In this document: positions 44,084 through 53,526 of the stretch, piece by piece
Numbering within the stretch: position 1 is the first letter of the stretch
Layout: each line of letters begins with the position of its first letter
Origin: Pseudomonadota bacterium
GTDB taxonomy: Bacteria > Myxococcota > JACRCW01 > JAFGSX01
Direction of reading: 5' to 3'
NCBI GenBank assembly: GCA_043821645.1
Contig: JBDRCO010000134.1
Location: 60,170-124,169 of the forward strand
Length of the DNA: 64,000 nt
Notes under the pieces: model-generated
What the model was told of the DNA's origin: nothing
The model's database searches: none
Seen by the model: the letters and a program-made list of their open reading frames with translations, nothing else
Position numbers and translations under genes: made by a program

Positions 44084-45720
44084 ACAACCTTCTCAATATC
44101 AAGACTCCGGCCGACGCCATCGCCAGCGCCCTGGCCAGCGACTACGACCTCAAGCTGGCGGGCCTGTACAACCCGCGCCAGGTGTACTGGAACCTCGGCG
44201 ACGAGGCCCTGTATGAGGAGATCGTGTTTCGCGGTGAGGCGCGCATTGCCCGTGGCGGACCCATCGTCGCCTTCACCGGCGGTCACACCTCCCGCGCTGC
44301 CAACGACAAGTTCGTGGTGCGCGAGCCCTCGAGCCAGGACCAGGTGTGGTGGGGCGAGTACAACAGGCCCTTCGACACCAGCAAGTTCCACGACCTGTGG
44401 AACCGGGTGTCGGGCTACCTGCAGGGTCGCGACCTGTTCGTGCAGGACTGCTATGCCGGCGCCGACCCCGAGCACCGTCTGCCCGTACGCATCATCACCG
44501 AGCTAGCCTGGCAGAGCCTGTTTGCACGCAACATGCTCATCACGCCGCGCTCGGCCGACGAGTACAAGCAGTTCGTCCCCGAGTTCACCATCGTGGCCAC
44601 GCCAGGCTTCAAGGGCATTCGCCAGATCGACGCCACAGCCAGCAACACCTTCATCGTCCTCGACTTCGCCCAGCGCCTGGGGCTCATCGGCGTCAGCCAG
44701 TACGCCGGTGAGATCAAGAAGTCGGTGTTCACGGTCATGAACTACCTGCTTCCGAACAAGGGCGTGCTGAGCATGCACTGTTCGGCCAACGTCGGCCCCC
44801 GGAGCGACAGCGCGCTGTTCTTCGGCCTCAGCGGCACGGGCAAGACCACCCTGTCGGCGGACCCCGCGCGCCAGCTCATCGGTGACGACGAGCATGGCTG
44901 GACCGATGACGGCATCTTCAACATCGAGAACGGCTGCTACGCCAAGGTGATTCGCCTGAGCGAGAGCGCTGAGCCCCAGATCTATCGCGCGGTTCACCGC
45001 TACGGTGCGATCCTCGAGAACGTGACCGTGGATCCGATCACCCGCCGCGTCGACCTCGACGACGAGAGTCTCACCGAGAACACCCGGGCCAGCTACCCCC
45101 TGAGCTTCATCGACAATGCCGTACCCGAGAAGATGGCGAGTCACCCCCGACACATCATCTTCTTGACCTGCGACGCCTCGGGCGTGCTGCCGCCCATCGC
45201 CCGGCTCAGCCCCGAGCAGGCCATGTACCACTTCATCTCGGGCTACACGTCCAAGATCGCCGGCACCGAGGTGGGCCTGGGAATCGAGCCCGAGATCACG
45301 TTCTCGGCCTGCTTTGGCGCGCCCTTCATGGTGCACAGACCGGGTGTCTACGCCGAGCTGCTGAAGCACAAGATGCTGCGCCACGACGTCAAGGCCTGGC
45401 TGCTCAACACCGGCTGGGTCGGTGGCAAGTACGGCGTGGGCAAGCGCATCAGCATCAAGTACACGCGCCGGCTGCTCAATGCGGCCCTCGACGGCGAGCT
45501 GGACAGCGTGCCCTACCACAGGGATCCCGTGTTCGGCTTCGAGGTGCCGTCGCAATGCCCGGACCTTCCGGCCAGCGTGCTGGATCCGGCAGCGTCCTGG
45601 CCCTCCCGGGAGGACCACCTGCGCGCGTACAAGCAGCTCGCCGCGCGCTTCGTCGAGAACTTCAAGAAATTTGCCGACGGCGTGTCGCCCGAAGTGCGGG
45701 CGGCGGGGCCGGAACGGTGA
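44080..45720 (+). CDS. pckA: Phosphoenolpyruvate carboxykinase (ATP)
   Basis: YAGEIKKSVF, SMHCSAN, FFGLSGTGKTTLSADP, IGDDEHGW, ENGCYAK, TENTRASYP, FSACFGAPF; GTGA overlap with the upstream gene. Confidence 0.96.
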   Translation: MNNLLNIKTPADAIASALASDYDLKLAGLYNPRQVYWNLGDEALYEEIVFRGEARIARGGPIVAFTGGHTSRAANDKFVVREPSSQDQVWWGEYNRPFDTSKFHDLWNRVSGYLQGRDLFVQDCYAGADPEHRLPVRIITELAWQSLFARNMLITPRSADEYKQFVPEFTIVATPGFKGIRQIDATASNTFIVLDFAQRLGLIGVSQYAGEIKKSVFTVMNYLLPNKGVLSMHCSANVGPRSDSALFFGLSGTGKTTLSADPARQLIGDDEHGWTDDGIFNIENGCYAKVIRLSESAEPQIYRAVHRYGAILENVTVDPITRRVDLDDESLTENTRASYPLSFIDNAVPEKMASHPRHIIFLTCDASGVLPPIARLSPEQAMYHFISGYTSKIAGTEVGLGIEPEITFSACFGAPFMVHRPGVYAELLKHKMLRHDVKAWLLNTGWVGGKYGVGKRISIKYTRRLLNAALDGELDSVPYHRDPVFGFEVPSQCPDLPASVLDPAASWPSREDHLRAYKQLAARFVENFKKFADGVSPEVRAAGPER

Positions 45721-45773
45721 ACGATCTTTGGTCCACGCCCGGGGGTGTCCCGGGACGGATTTGATGTCCCGGG

Positions 45774-47609
45774 ATGGTTGCCGTCCTCGGTATCTCGGCT
45801 TTCTACCACGACGCTGCTGCCGCGTTGATCGTGGATGGCAAGATCGTTGCGGCGGCGCAAGAGGAACGCTTCTCGCGGACCAAGCATGATCCGCGCTTTC
45901 CCCTGCGTGCGGTGCAATACTGCCTCGACAGAGCCGGCATGAGCGCCGCCGGACTCGACGTCGTGGCCTTCTACGACAAGCCGCTCAGAACCTTCGACCG
46001 CTTGCTCGAGACCTACCTGCGTCATGCTCCCAGGGGTTTTCTCTCGTTCTTCCATGCCATGCCTCCATGGCTGAACGAGAAGTTGATGCTTCCGAGACAC
46101 ATCCGCCGCGGGCTCGGGGGGCGATACAAAAAGGGCGTGGTGTTCGCCCCGCACCACGAATCTCATGCGGCCAGTGCGTTCTTGCCGTCGCCATTCGAGC
46201 GTTCCGCCATCCTCACGCTCGATGGGGTCGGAGAGTGGGCTACCGGAACGATCGGCCTCGGCGAAGGATCGCGCATCCAAATCCTCAAGGAACTCAGGTT
46301 TCCGCACTCGCTGGGTCTGCTGTACTCCGCGGTCACTGGTTATTGCGGTTTCAAGGTGAACTCGGGCGAGTACAAGCTGATGGGGCTCGCGCCCTTCGGC
46401 GCGCCGCGGCACGTGGCGACCATGCGGCAGCACCTCGTGGACGTGCGGGAGGACGGATCGCTGCGCCTTGACATGCGCTACTTCGATTTCGCGCACGGGT
46501 TGCGCATGACATCGCGTTCATTCCATGAACTCTTCGGGGCGCCGCCCCGCGCCGCGGAGTCGGAGCTGCGGGAACTGGACATGGACCTGGCCGCATCCAT
46601 ACAGGTGATCGCCGAAGAGGTCGTGATCCAGGCTGCTCGCCACGCGCAGGCCCTCACACGTGAACGCCATCTCTGCATGGCAGGAGGAGTGGCCCTCAAT
46701 TGTGTCGCCAACGGCCGGCTTCTACGCGAGGGCATTTTTGACCGTATTTGGGTGCAGCCCGCCGCCGGTGACGCCGGGGGCGCCCTGGGTGTAGCCCTCC
46801 TCGCCAGCCACCAGCTCCTTGGTGATCCAAGAGAACGCCGCGATCTCGACTCTCAGCAAGGGTCCTTTCTCGGTCCCGACTTCGACGACGATGCGATCCG
46901 AAGCATGCTCGAGTCCAGGTCGGCCGTGTTTTACACGGCGCCCGACGATCAGAGCCTGGTCGAGTCCGTGGCGCAGGAACTCGCCAGCGGACGCGTGGTG
47001 GGGTGGTTTCAGGGACGCATGGAGTTTGGCCCGCGGGCCCTGGGGGCACGCAGCATCCTGGCCGATGCCATGAATCCGCGCATGCAGTCCACACTGAATC
47101 TCAAGATCAAATTCCGCGAGTCCTTCAGGCCCTTCGCGCCCATCGTGCTGCGAGAAAGGGTGCACGAGTGGTTCGATGTACCCAGCGAGTTTGACAGCCC
47201 CTACATGTTGTTCACGGCACCCGTCCGCGGTGCGACCCTGACAGCGCAAAGCGGCGACGAGGATGTGCGCCGTCTCGACCGGATCAAGGAGACCCGATCA
47301 CGCATCCCGGCGGTCACCCACATCGATGGTTCTGCCCGTCTGCAGACGGTCGATGCCCAGCGCCATCCGCTGCTGCACGCCCTGCTCGCCGAATTCGACC
47401 GCGTCACCGGTTGCCCGGTGCTGGTCAATACCAGCTTCAACGTCCGGGGTGAGCCCATCGTCTGCACACCCGAAGATGCCCATCGCTGTTTCGCTGCCAC
47501 TCACATGGACACGCTGGTTCTGGGCCACCACGTCGTGCACAAGTCCGAACAACCCGACCAGGATCCCACCGCGGTGGCACGCTACCTGGCCTCCATTCCC
47601 GCAGATTGA
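45774..47609 (+). CDS. Carbamoyltransferase (NodU/CmcH/SxtI family)
   Basis: GISAFYHDAAAA, AAAQEERFSRTKHD, HHESHAASAF, GEYKLMGLAPFG, AGGVALNCVAN, EFGPRALGARS, RESFRPFAP, NTSFNVRGEP. Confidence 0.95.
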   Translation: MVAVLGISAFYHDAAAALIVDGKIVAAAQEERFSRTKHDPRFPLRAVQYCLDRAGMSAAGLDVVAFYDKPLRTFDRLLETYLRHAPRGFLSFFHAMPPWLNEKLMLPRHIRRGLGGRYKKGVVFAPHHESHAASAFLPSPFERSAILTLDGVGEWATGTIGLGEGSRIQILKELRFPHSLGLLYSAVTGYCGFKVNSGEYKLMGLAPFGAPRHVATMRQHLVDVREDGSLRLDMRYFDFAHGLRMTSRSFHELFGAPPRAAESELRELDMDLAASIQVIAEEVVIQAARHAQALTRERHLCMAGGVALNCVANGRLLREGIFDRIWVQPAAGDAGGALGVALLASHQLLGDPRERRDLDSQQGSFLGPDFDDDAIRSMLESRSAVFYTAPDDQSLVESVAQELASGRVVGWFQGRMEFGPRALGARSILADAMNPRMQSTLNLKIKFRESFRPFAPIVLRERVHEWFDVPSEFDSPYMLFTAPVRGATLTAQSGDEDVRRLDRIKETRSRIPAVTHIDGSARLQTVDAQRHPLLHALLAEFDRVTGCPVLVNTSFNVRGEPIVCTPEDAHRCFAATHMDTLVLGHHVVHKSEQPDQDPTAVARYLASIPAD

Positions 47610-48157
47610 GCGAGGTGCCCGTGCTGGTGTCGCGCATGCTCGCTGCCTCCAGTCCCCTCATCGTCGCTGCGGTGCTGGTCTGGTGGATCCACGAGGCCCC
47701 CGTGCTGCTGCCGATCCTGTTCGTCGCGACGGCGATTTCTTTTCCCGTCATGACCTGGATCGCGGGGTGGGCAGGTCAAGCGCCCAGAGCGATACCGCTG
47801 CTTCCCCCGGTCATCTTCGCCACGTGCTGGGGGCTTGCATCCCTGCACCCCGTTTCCTTCCTGTCCTGGGCCGCACCTGTCGCAGTGGGAGGAGTGGCTG
47901 CGCTGGTGTTTTTCTGCAGGCCCCGCCTGGCTGAACGATGGCGCCTGGGCCTCGAGACTGCGCTGGCGCCGACCCTGCGCATGGCACTCCTGCTCTTGCT
48001 CGGGATCGTGTACTTCGGCGTCTTGCTGCCCATCGCCCTGGTCCTGCGCAAGTCTCGCCTGGCCACCATGCCACTCGCGCCAGATGCTACTCTGGCAAGC
48101 TACTGGGAGGACTTGCCGACCCGAGATACCCCGGACCGCTATTTGCGGCAGTATTGA
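47606..48157 (+). CDS. SxtJ-like membrane protein
   Basis: Hydrophobic; LLGIVYFGVLLPIALVLR...SYW...YLRQY C-terminus; overlaps the carbamoyltransferase stop. Confidence 0.7.
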   Translation: MSEVPVLVSRMLAASSPLIVAAVLVWWIHEAPVLLPILFVATAISFPVMTWIAGWAGQAPRAIPLLPPVIFATCWGLASLHPVSFLSWAAPVAVGGVAALVFFCRPRLAERWRLGLETALAPTLRMALLLLLGIVYFGVLLPIALVLRKSRLATMPLAPDATLASYWEDLPTRDTPDRYLRQY

Positions 48158-48190
48158 GCGTGGTTTCGTGGTGAACAGCAGCGAGGCCTG

Positions 48191-49366
48191 ATGCCCTCCC
48201 GGCTTCCATTATGGAAAAAGATTCTCTTCTCGACCCTGCTGGGCTTGGTCGTGCTGGTTCCCTCTTTCCTAGTGCTCGAGACCTGGTACTCGTCACGCGG
48301 TACCTGGGTGTACCTCGACGTGCTGACCTCGAAGAAGGTTCAGGCGAACCCCAATGCCTTGTGGGCGGTGGAAGACGCGTTCAGCGCGTACCGGGGCAAG
48401 CCAGGCGCGAACCTACAGGCTGATGAGGGCCACAAATCCATCAATGAGCATGGCTTTATGTCGACGCCAAGCATCTCCGTCCACAAACTGCCGGGGGTGG
48501 TCCGTGTCGTCTTCCTGGGAGGATCGTCGACGGCGGGACCCGGGCTTGCCGACGATCAAACCTGGCCCTGGCAGACGATCGAGGCTCTGCGCCGGAACCC
48601 CGAGATCCCGGCCATCGACTTCATCAACGCAGCGCTTGGAGGGTACACATCCTTCGAGTCCATCGGGCGGCTGTGGAGCCGGCTGCGCTTCTTCTCTCCC
48701 GACGTCATCGTCGTGTATCATGGCTGGAACGAATTCTATTATTTCGAGACCGCAGCACTCGACAACATTCACAAGTGGCGGATGGACAGCGAGGGGGGCT
48801 GGTCCATCACCTCGGACGTGGAGATTCCACCTGTCTATGAACCTCTCTTCATCGACCGCTTCCTCGCCTGGTCCAACATCCTTTCGTCTATCCGGATCCG
48901 GTTCAGTACGCCGATTGCATCCGAGACAGGGCGAGCCGGGTCGGCGAGCGCGCCAAACGTGCTCTCGCCAACCTGGGATCGCAGGGGACTCGACGTCTGG
49001 CGTGGCAACCTGCAGGTGATGCGTCATCTCGCTGACCAGATGGGTGCGAGGCTCATCGTGGTCAAGCAAGCGACACTCATCCACCCCGATCTGCCCGCGA
49101 CCGACCGAACGCGATGCCGAGTGCAGCTCCATGGCTTTGACTACGCAGCTCACATCGATGCTTTCACTGCGCTGTGGAAGGTTGTGGATGAGGAGATTCC
49201 CGTCGAGGATGTTGCCGATGCACGCGCCCTGTCGGGAAAGCCCGCATTATTTCTCGATCACATTCACCAGACGCCGCAGGGATCCGCTGCGTTGTCGGAG
49301 ATCATGAGTGAGGTGCTTGCTCCTGTGATCCTTCACAGCGCGAACCGCCGAGGAGTGGAGCCATGA
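48191..49366 (+). CDS. SGNH/GDSL hydrolase-family protein (membrane anchored)
   Basis: N-terminal TM; INEHGF, FLGGSSTAG, INAALGGYTS, YHGWNE, DHIH. Confidence 0.82.
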   Translation: MPSRLPLWKKILFSTLLGLVVLVPSFLVLETWYSSRGTWVYLDVLTSKKVQANPNALWAVEDAFSAYRGKPGANLQADEGHKSINEHGFMSTPSISVHKLPGVVRVVFLGGSSTAGPGLADDQTWPWQTIEALRRNPEIPAIDFINAALGGYTSFESIGRLWSRLRFFSPDVIVVYHGWNEFYYFETAALDNIHKWRMDSEGGWSITSDVEIPPVYEPLFIDRFLAWSNILSSIRIRFSTPIASETGRAGSASAPNVLSPTWDRRGLDVWRGNLQVMRHLADQMGARLIVVKQATLIHPDLPATDRTRCRVQLHGFDYAAHIDAFTALWKVVDEEIPVEDVADARALSGKPALFLDHIHQTPQGSAALSEIMSEVLAPVILHSANRRGVEP

Positions 49367-49614
49367 ACGATATCGTCCAGGAACCTGGACCGCGTGACGA
49401 GGGGACCCGAGAATCTCCTGAACCGTCGCACGTCGAGGCGTTTCGTGCAGCTGTGCAAAAGGATCCTTCTGGTGTCGTCGGTGAGTTGTGGAGCTTCATT
49501 CGCCACGAAAAGAAGTGGTGGATGATTCCACTGGTCGCGATCCTGCTGCTGCTGGTAGCCCTCGCGATCCTTGGGGGATCTCCCGCCGCACCGCTCATCT
49601 ACACACTGTTCTGA
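49363..49614 (+). CDS. SxtK-like / DUF5989 small membrane protein
   Basis: ELWSFIRHEKKWWMIP...SPAAPLIYTLF signature; ATGA coupling. Confidence 0.85.
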   Translation: MNDIVQEPGPRDEGTRESPEPSHVEAFRAAVQKDPSGVVGELWSFIRHEKKWWMIPLVAILLLLVALAILGGSPAAPLIYTLF

Positions 49615-49635
49615 ATCAGGGCGGCGGTCGCGGGA

Positions 49636-51036
49636 TTACTCTCCGCGCAGCGTTTTGGCCTTGGCCTTGAACAAACTCTCATACGATTGCGCGATCTTGA
49701 GCGCCAGGATCAGCAGTTCTCCGACGTCACTGGGGCAGTGTTCCTTGTGGCCGTTGTCACCATAGAAGATGTTGACGACCCGGCCTCGCACCAGCACGGG
49801 CATGACGAAGGCCGAGCGCGGCACCTGCTTCCCGGCCGCACCGAGAAACTGGATGTTGGTGGGCGTCTTCTGTAGTGAGCCCAGCACATGGGCACGGCTG
49901 TGGACAGCGAGCTGGAACACCGAGGGTTGTTCAAGCGGTATGACCAGCCGCGAGAAGTGGGGGATGTCCACACCCACCTCTTCCCAGCCCACAGCCATGC
50001 GTCCATGCACCGTGAACAGCATGGCGCGCTTGAATTGCGAGCGGGCGAAGCGCAGCACCAGCTGTGCCACCTCGTTGCGGTCGCGCGCGCTGGCTAGATG
50101 AGTGGTGGCCTCGGTAAAAGACAGGGGTGTCTCGTCGACGACGGGAACGGGCAGAGGTTCCGGCAGGGGCGGGGCGCTGACTGGTCGGGAAGGTACGGGT
50201 GGCGCTGCGACGGGTGCCAAAGGAGCCAGGGCTTCGGCCTCTTCGATGATGTCGTCGAGCAGAAACTCCTCGCTGACCTCCTCGACGACGATGCCCGTGA
50301 GCACCGGAAGCTGCGCCGTTGGAGTGCGTCCTGAGGGCAAAGGGGCCTGCGCAGGAAGGGGCTGGGCCAGGGGAGGTAGGTTGTGGACGGACGCCTGTGC
50401 CGTGGAGGCAGGCGTCCCAAGCTCGGCGGGCACTGGTGTCGCAGGATCCGGGATCTCGCCCCCGGCACTTTCGTCGTGGGCGGCCTGGTACAGTGCGTCG
50501 AAGGCGGCCTCGCTCATGAGGTCGCCGGTGAAGCTGGGCCTCGATACGGCAGCGTCCACCTGGGTCACCGACGTGGCCGGCAGATCGGCGAGGGCCAGGC
50601 CGCGAAGCCCTCGATCGATACCGTAGTGCTGGCGCAGCAGGTGCCACAGTCTGACCTCAGCGACGACGATGGGCTGGATCTTTTTACCAGTGTGAAATCC
50701 AACATGGTCGAGGGTCGTGAAGTCGCTGGGATCGAGACACAGGACTTCGACCTGCCTGCTGCTGGTGCGGTAGGGCACGACGCTGAGCCGGTCTGCCAGG
50801 TTGGCGGGCATCAGTCGCAGCGCGGCTACTTCGGGCTCGATGGCATCTCCGAACAGCGCTCGCACCTTGTGAATACGGGACAGGCATTCGGCCAGCGTTC
50901 GCTCGTCGAGGTAGCCCATCTCGATGAGATTGGTGCCCAGCCGACCGCCGAGGATGACCTGGTTCTGCACCGCGTCCTCGATCTGATCGCGGGTGCACAG
51001 CCGGTTCTGCAGCAGGAAGTCGGCGAGAGCATTCAC
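49636..51036 (-). CDS. GspE-N/MshEN-like + Pro-rich linker + GAF-like protein
   Basis: GGRLGTNLIEMGYLDERTLAECLS MshEN-type motif; C-terminal MPVLVRGRVVNIFYGDNG, paralogous to 34794..37766. Confidence 0.75.
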   Translation of the reverse strand: MNALADFLLQNRLCTRDQIEDAVQNQVILGGRLGTNLIEMGYLDERTLAECLSRIHKVRALFGDAIEPEVAALRLMPANLADRLSVVPYRTSSRQVEVLCLDPSDFTTLDHVGFHTGKKIQPIVVAEVRLWHLLRQHYGIDRGLRGLALADLPATSVTQVDAAVSRPSFTGDLMSEAAFDALYQAAHDESAGGEIPDPATPVPAELGTPASTAQASVHNLPPLAQPLPAQAPLPSGRTPTAQLPVLTGIVVEEVSEEFLLDDIIEEAEALAPLAPVAAPPVPSRPVSAPPLPEPLPVPVVDETPLSFTEATTHLASARDRNEVAQLVLRFARSQFKRAMLFTVHGRMAVGWEEVGVDIPHFSRLVIPLEQPSVFQLAVHSRAHVLGSLQKTPTNIQFLGAAGKQVPRSAFVMPVLVRGRVVNIFYGDNGHKEHCPSDVGELLILALKIAQSYESLFKAKAKTLRGE

Positions 51037-51215
51037 GGTTCCACGCTATTCAGAACCCCGAGCCTTGTCAAAAAAGACCGGCGAAGCCGATGTGGAGCTG
51101 CGCGTGTCCTGCGGCCGAAGCTCTGTGGCATCATGAAGACCGATGCGGCTGCTGCGCCCCGAAGGAGGGGGGCGGTGCGCCGGGAGGGCCCTTGCGCAGC
51201 GGAACTCATGCAGAG

Positions 51216-52133
51216 ATGAACGGCCTGGTCAGCGTCGTCATCCCGACCAGGGACAGGCCGGGCCCTCTTGCGTGTTGCCTGAGGGCTCTCGTTGAACAGG
51301 TGACGTCCTCGCCGACCTTCGAGGTGATCATTGTCGACGATGGAGGTCACGTCGATCTCGCTGCGGTGGCGGCACCCTATCGATCCCGGATGCGAGTCCA
51401 GGTTCTGCGGCAGCAGCCTGGTGGCCCGGCCCGGGCACGGAACCTGGGTGCAGCGAAGGCTTCCGGCCAGTTTCTGGCCTTCACCGACGACGATTGTGCA
51501 CCGCACCCGGACTGGCTCCTCCAGCTGCAACGTGCGCTTGAGAACGCGCCGCGGGCCATGGTGGGGGGCGTGGTGATCAATGCTCTCGTCGACAACTCCT
51601 GGTCCGAGGCCAGCCAGGTGCTCGTCGACCATCTGGTGCAGTACTACAACCAGGTCCCGGGACAGGCTCGATTCCTCACCAGCAACAACATCGCCCTGTC
51701 TCGCCAACAGTGGCTGGAGCTGGGTGGTTTTGACGAGACCTTCCCACACGCGGCCGCCGAGGACCGGGACCTGTGCGCTCGGTGGGTCGAGAAGGGTCGC
51801 CCCCTGTTGTTCGTGCCCGAGGCGCGCGTCGATCACTTTCATCATCTCGATGCCACGGGCTATCTGCGCCAGCACTTCAACTACGGTCGCGGCGCCGCCA
51901 GGTTCCATCGCTTGAGGCGCCATCGCGGAGGGCCAGTCCTGCAGCTGGAGCCTTTGACGTTCTACCTCGACTTGTTGCGTGGGCCTGTCCGGGACGTCTC
52001 CTTCGGAGTCACGGCTCGCCGGGTTGTTGTTCTGGCGATGTCGCAGCTCGCCAATGCCGCCGGCTTCGCGACCGAATCTCTGGTGCAGAGAGGATCCTCG
52101 AGTTCACCGGGCGCGGACGCTGGCCATGCATGA
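51216..52133 (+). CDS. Glycosyltransferase family 2
   Basis: VSVVIPTRDR, IIVDDGG, GPARARNLG, AFTDDDC, GGFDETF...AEDRDL. Confidence 0.92.
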   Translation: MNGLVSVVIPTRDRPGPLACCLRALVEQVTSSPTFEVIIVDDGGHVDLAAVAAPYRSRMRVQVLRQQPGGPARARNLGAAKASGQFLAFTDDDCAPHPDWLLQLQRALENAPRAMVGGVVINALVDNSWSEASQVLVDHLVQYYNQVPGQARFLTSNNIALSRQQWLELGGFDETFPHAAAEDRDLCARWVEKGRPLLFVPEARVDHFHHLDATGYLRQHFNYGRGAARFHRLRRHRGGPVLQLEPLTFYLDLLRGPVRDVSFGVTARRVVVLAMSQLANAAGFATESLVQRGSSSSPGADAGHA

Positions 52134-52154
52134 CACTGGCGCAGATGACGGGGC

Positions 52155-53468
52155 ATGGCGGTGAAGGACAGGAGCGGAACCGACCGGGCACGGCGCGCGG
52201 CCAGCGATCCATCGCCGCAGCTCCGGCTGGCCCAGATCGCGACTGCAGACCTGGGTGGCGGAGCAGCCAAGGTTGGCCAGCGCCTGCAGGCACAGCTCGT
52301 CGCTGCTGGCCATGGCTGTGTTCGCATCGTCGGCCACAAGCGAGGGAACGAGCGCACGGTGTTGCGCGTTCCCAATCCGGTTCGTCACGCCGGGTCCCGG
52401 GAGTGGTTTCTGTACTACTTGGAGCGCGCCACGGGACTGCAGTACCTGTCGCGGCCAGGAACGCGGGATCTTCTGCGCTGGGTGATGGGTCTGGATCTGG
52501 TGCACGTCCACAACGTGCATGGTGACTACTTCGAACTTCGCCGCCTGGCCGAGCTGTGCGCCAGGGTGCCCACCGTGCTCACCCTGCATGATGCCTTTCT
52601 GGCCACGGGACATTGCGCCCACCCCATGGACTGCCCGCGGTGGATGAAGGGTTGTGGACACTGTCCCGACCTTGACCGCTATCCAGGCGTGCGGCGCGAC
52701 GCCACGGCGTTCAATCGTCAGTGGTATCGCGACCTCGTTGCGCGTGCGGCCCCGTCGCTGATCGCGCCCTCACACTGGATCCGCAACCTGTGGCAGCAGG
52801 CTGGCATGGCAGGAGATCCCGCCGTTATTCCCCCGGGTGTCGATCTGAATCGGTATGTCCCGGGGGATCGCACTGCCGCACGCCGCGAGCTCGGAATTCC
52901 AGCTGGCGGCCCGGTGGTCCTGTTCTCGGCCTTCCGGGGCACCCGCAATGCCTACAGGGACACTTCCATGCTGTGGGCGAGCTTGCACCGTATCGCGGCT
53001 CGCGTTCCGGATGTGACCTTCGTGCTGGTCGGTGGTGACGACGAGGCGGTCCCAGGGTCCCTGGTGCGGCACACGCTCTGCTTCCCATTCATCGAAGACG
53101 AGGCCCGCGTGATCCGGCTGTACCAGGCGGCCGACGTCTTGTTCCATCCCAGTCGCGCAGACACGGCTCCCCTCGTCGTAGTCGAGGCCCAGGCCTGTGG
53201 TCTGCCCGTCGTCGCGACGGCGGTGGGGGGCATCCCCGAACTGGTCGATGACGGGGACACCGGCCACCTCGTGGCGGCCGGGGATGACGAGGGCGCAGCG
53301 CGCCAGCTGGAGCTTGTGCTGCAAGCCCGAGGTGGTCCGGGGCGCATGGGGGATGCTGCACGCACGCGCGCTTGTGCCCGGCACGACGAGCGGCGTGCCC
53401 TGGCAGCCACGCTGGAGGTTTATCAGGTGGCTGTACAGCGTGAGGGCTGGACGCGATCGAAGGGCTAG
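52155..53468 (+). CDS. Glycosyltransferase family 4 (WcaC-like)
   Basis: GGGAA, VHVHNVHGDYF, TLHD...TGHCAH...C...W..GCGHCP, EAQACGLPVVATAVGGIPE. Confidence 0.9.
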   Translation: MAVKDRSGTDRARRAASDPSPQLRLAQIATADLGGGAAKVGQRLQAQLVAAGHGCVRIVGHKRGNERTVLRVPNPVRHAGSREWFLYYLERATGLQYLSRPGTRDLLRWVMGLDLVHVHNVHGDYFELRRLAELCARVPTVLTLHDAFLATGHCAHPMDCPRWMKGCGHCPDLDRYPGVRRDATAFNRQWYRDLVARAAPSLIAPSHWIRNLWQQAGMAGDPAVIPPGVDLNRYVPGDRTAARRELGIPAGGPVVLFSAFRGTRNAYRDTSMLWASLHRIAARVPDVTFVLVGGDDEAVPGSLVRHTLCFPFIEDEARVIRLYQAADVLFHPSRADTAPLVVVEAQACGLPVVATAVGGIPELVDDGDTGHLVAAGDDEGAARQLELVLQARGGPGRMGDAARTRACARHDERRALAATLEVYQVAVQREGWTRSKG

Positions 53469-53526
53469 GCAAGCAGATCCGGGTCGTCGACGAGTGCCGG
53501 TCCCGAAGACGCGGACGGACCTGGCT

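Noticed and set aside
45774-49614. Saxitoxin biosynthesis cluster
   Set aside because: Only sxtI/J/K-like genes are present, with no sxtA, sxtG or other core genes; the module is widespread.
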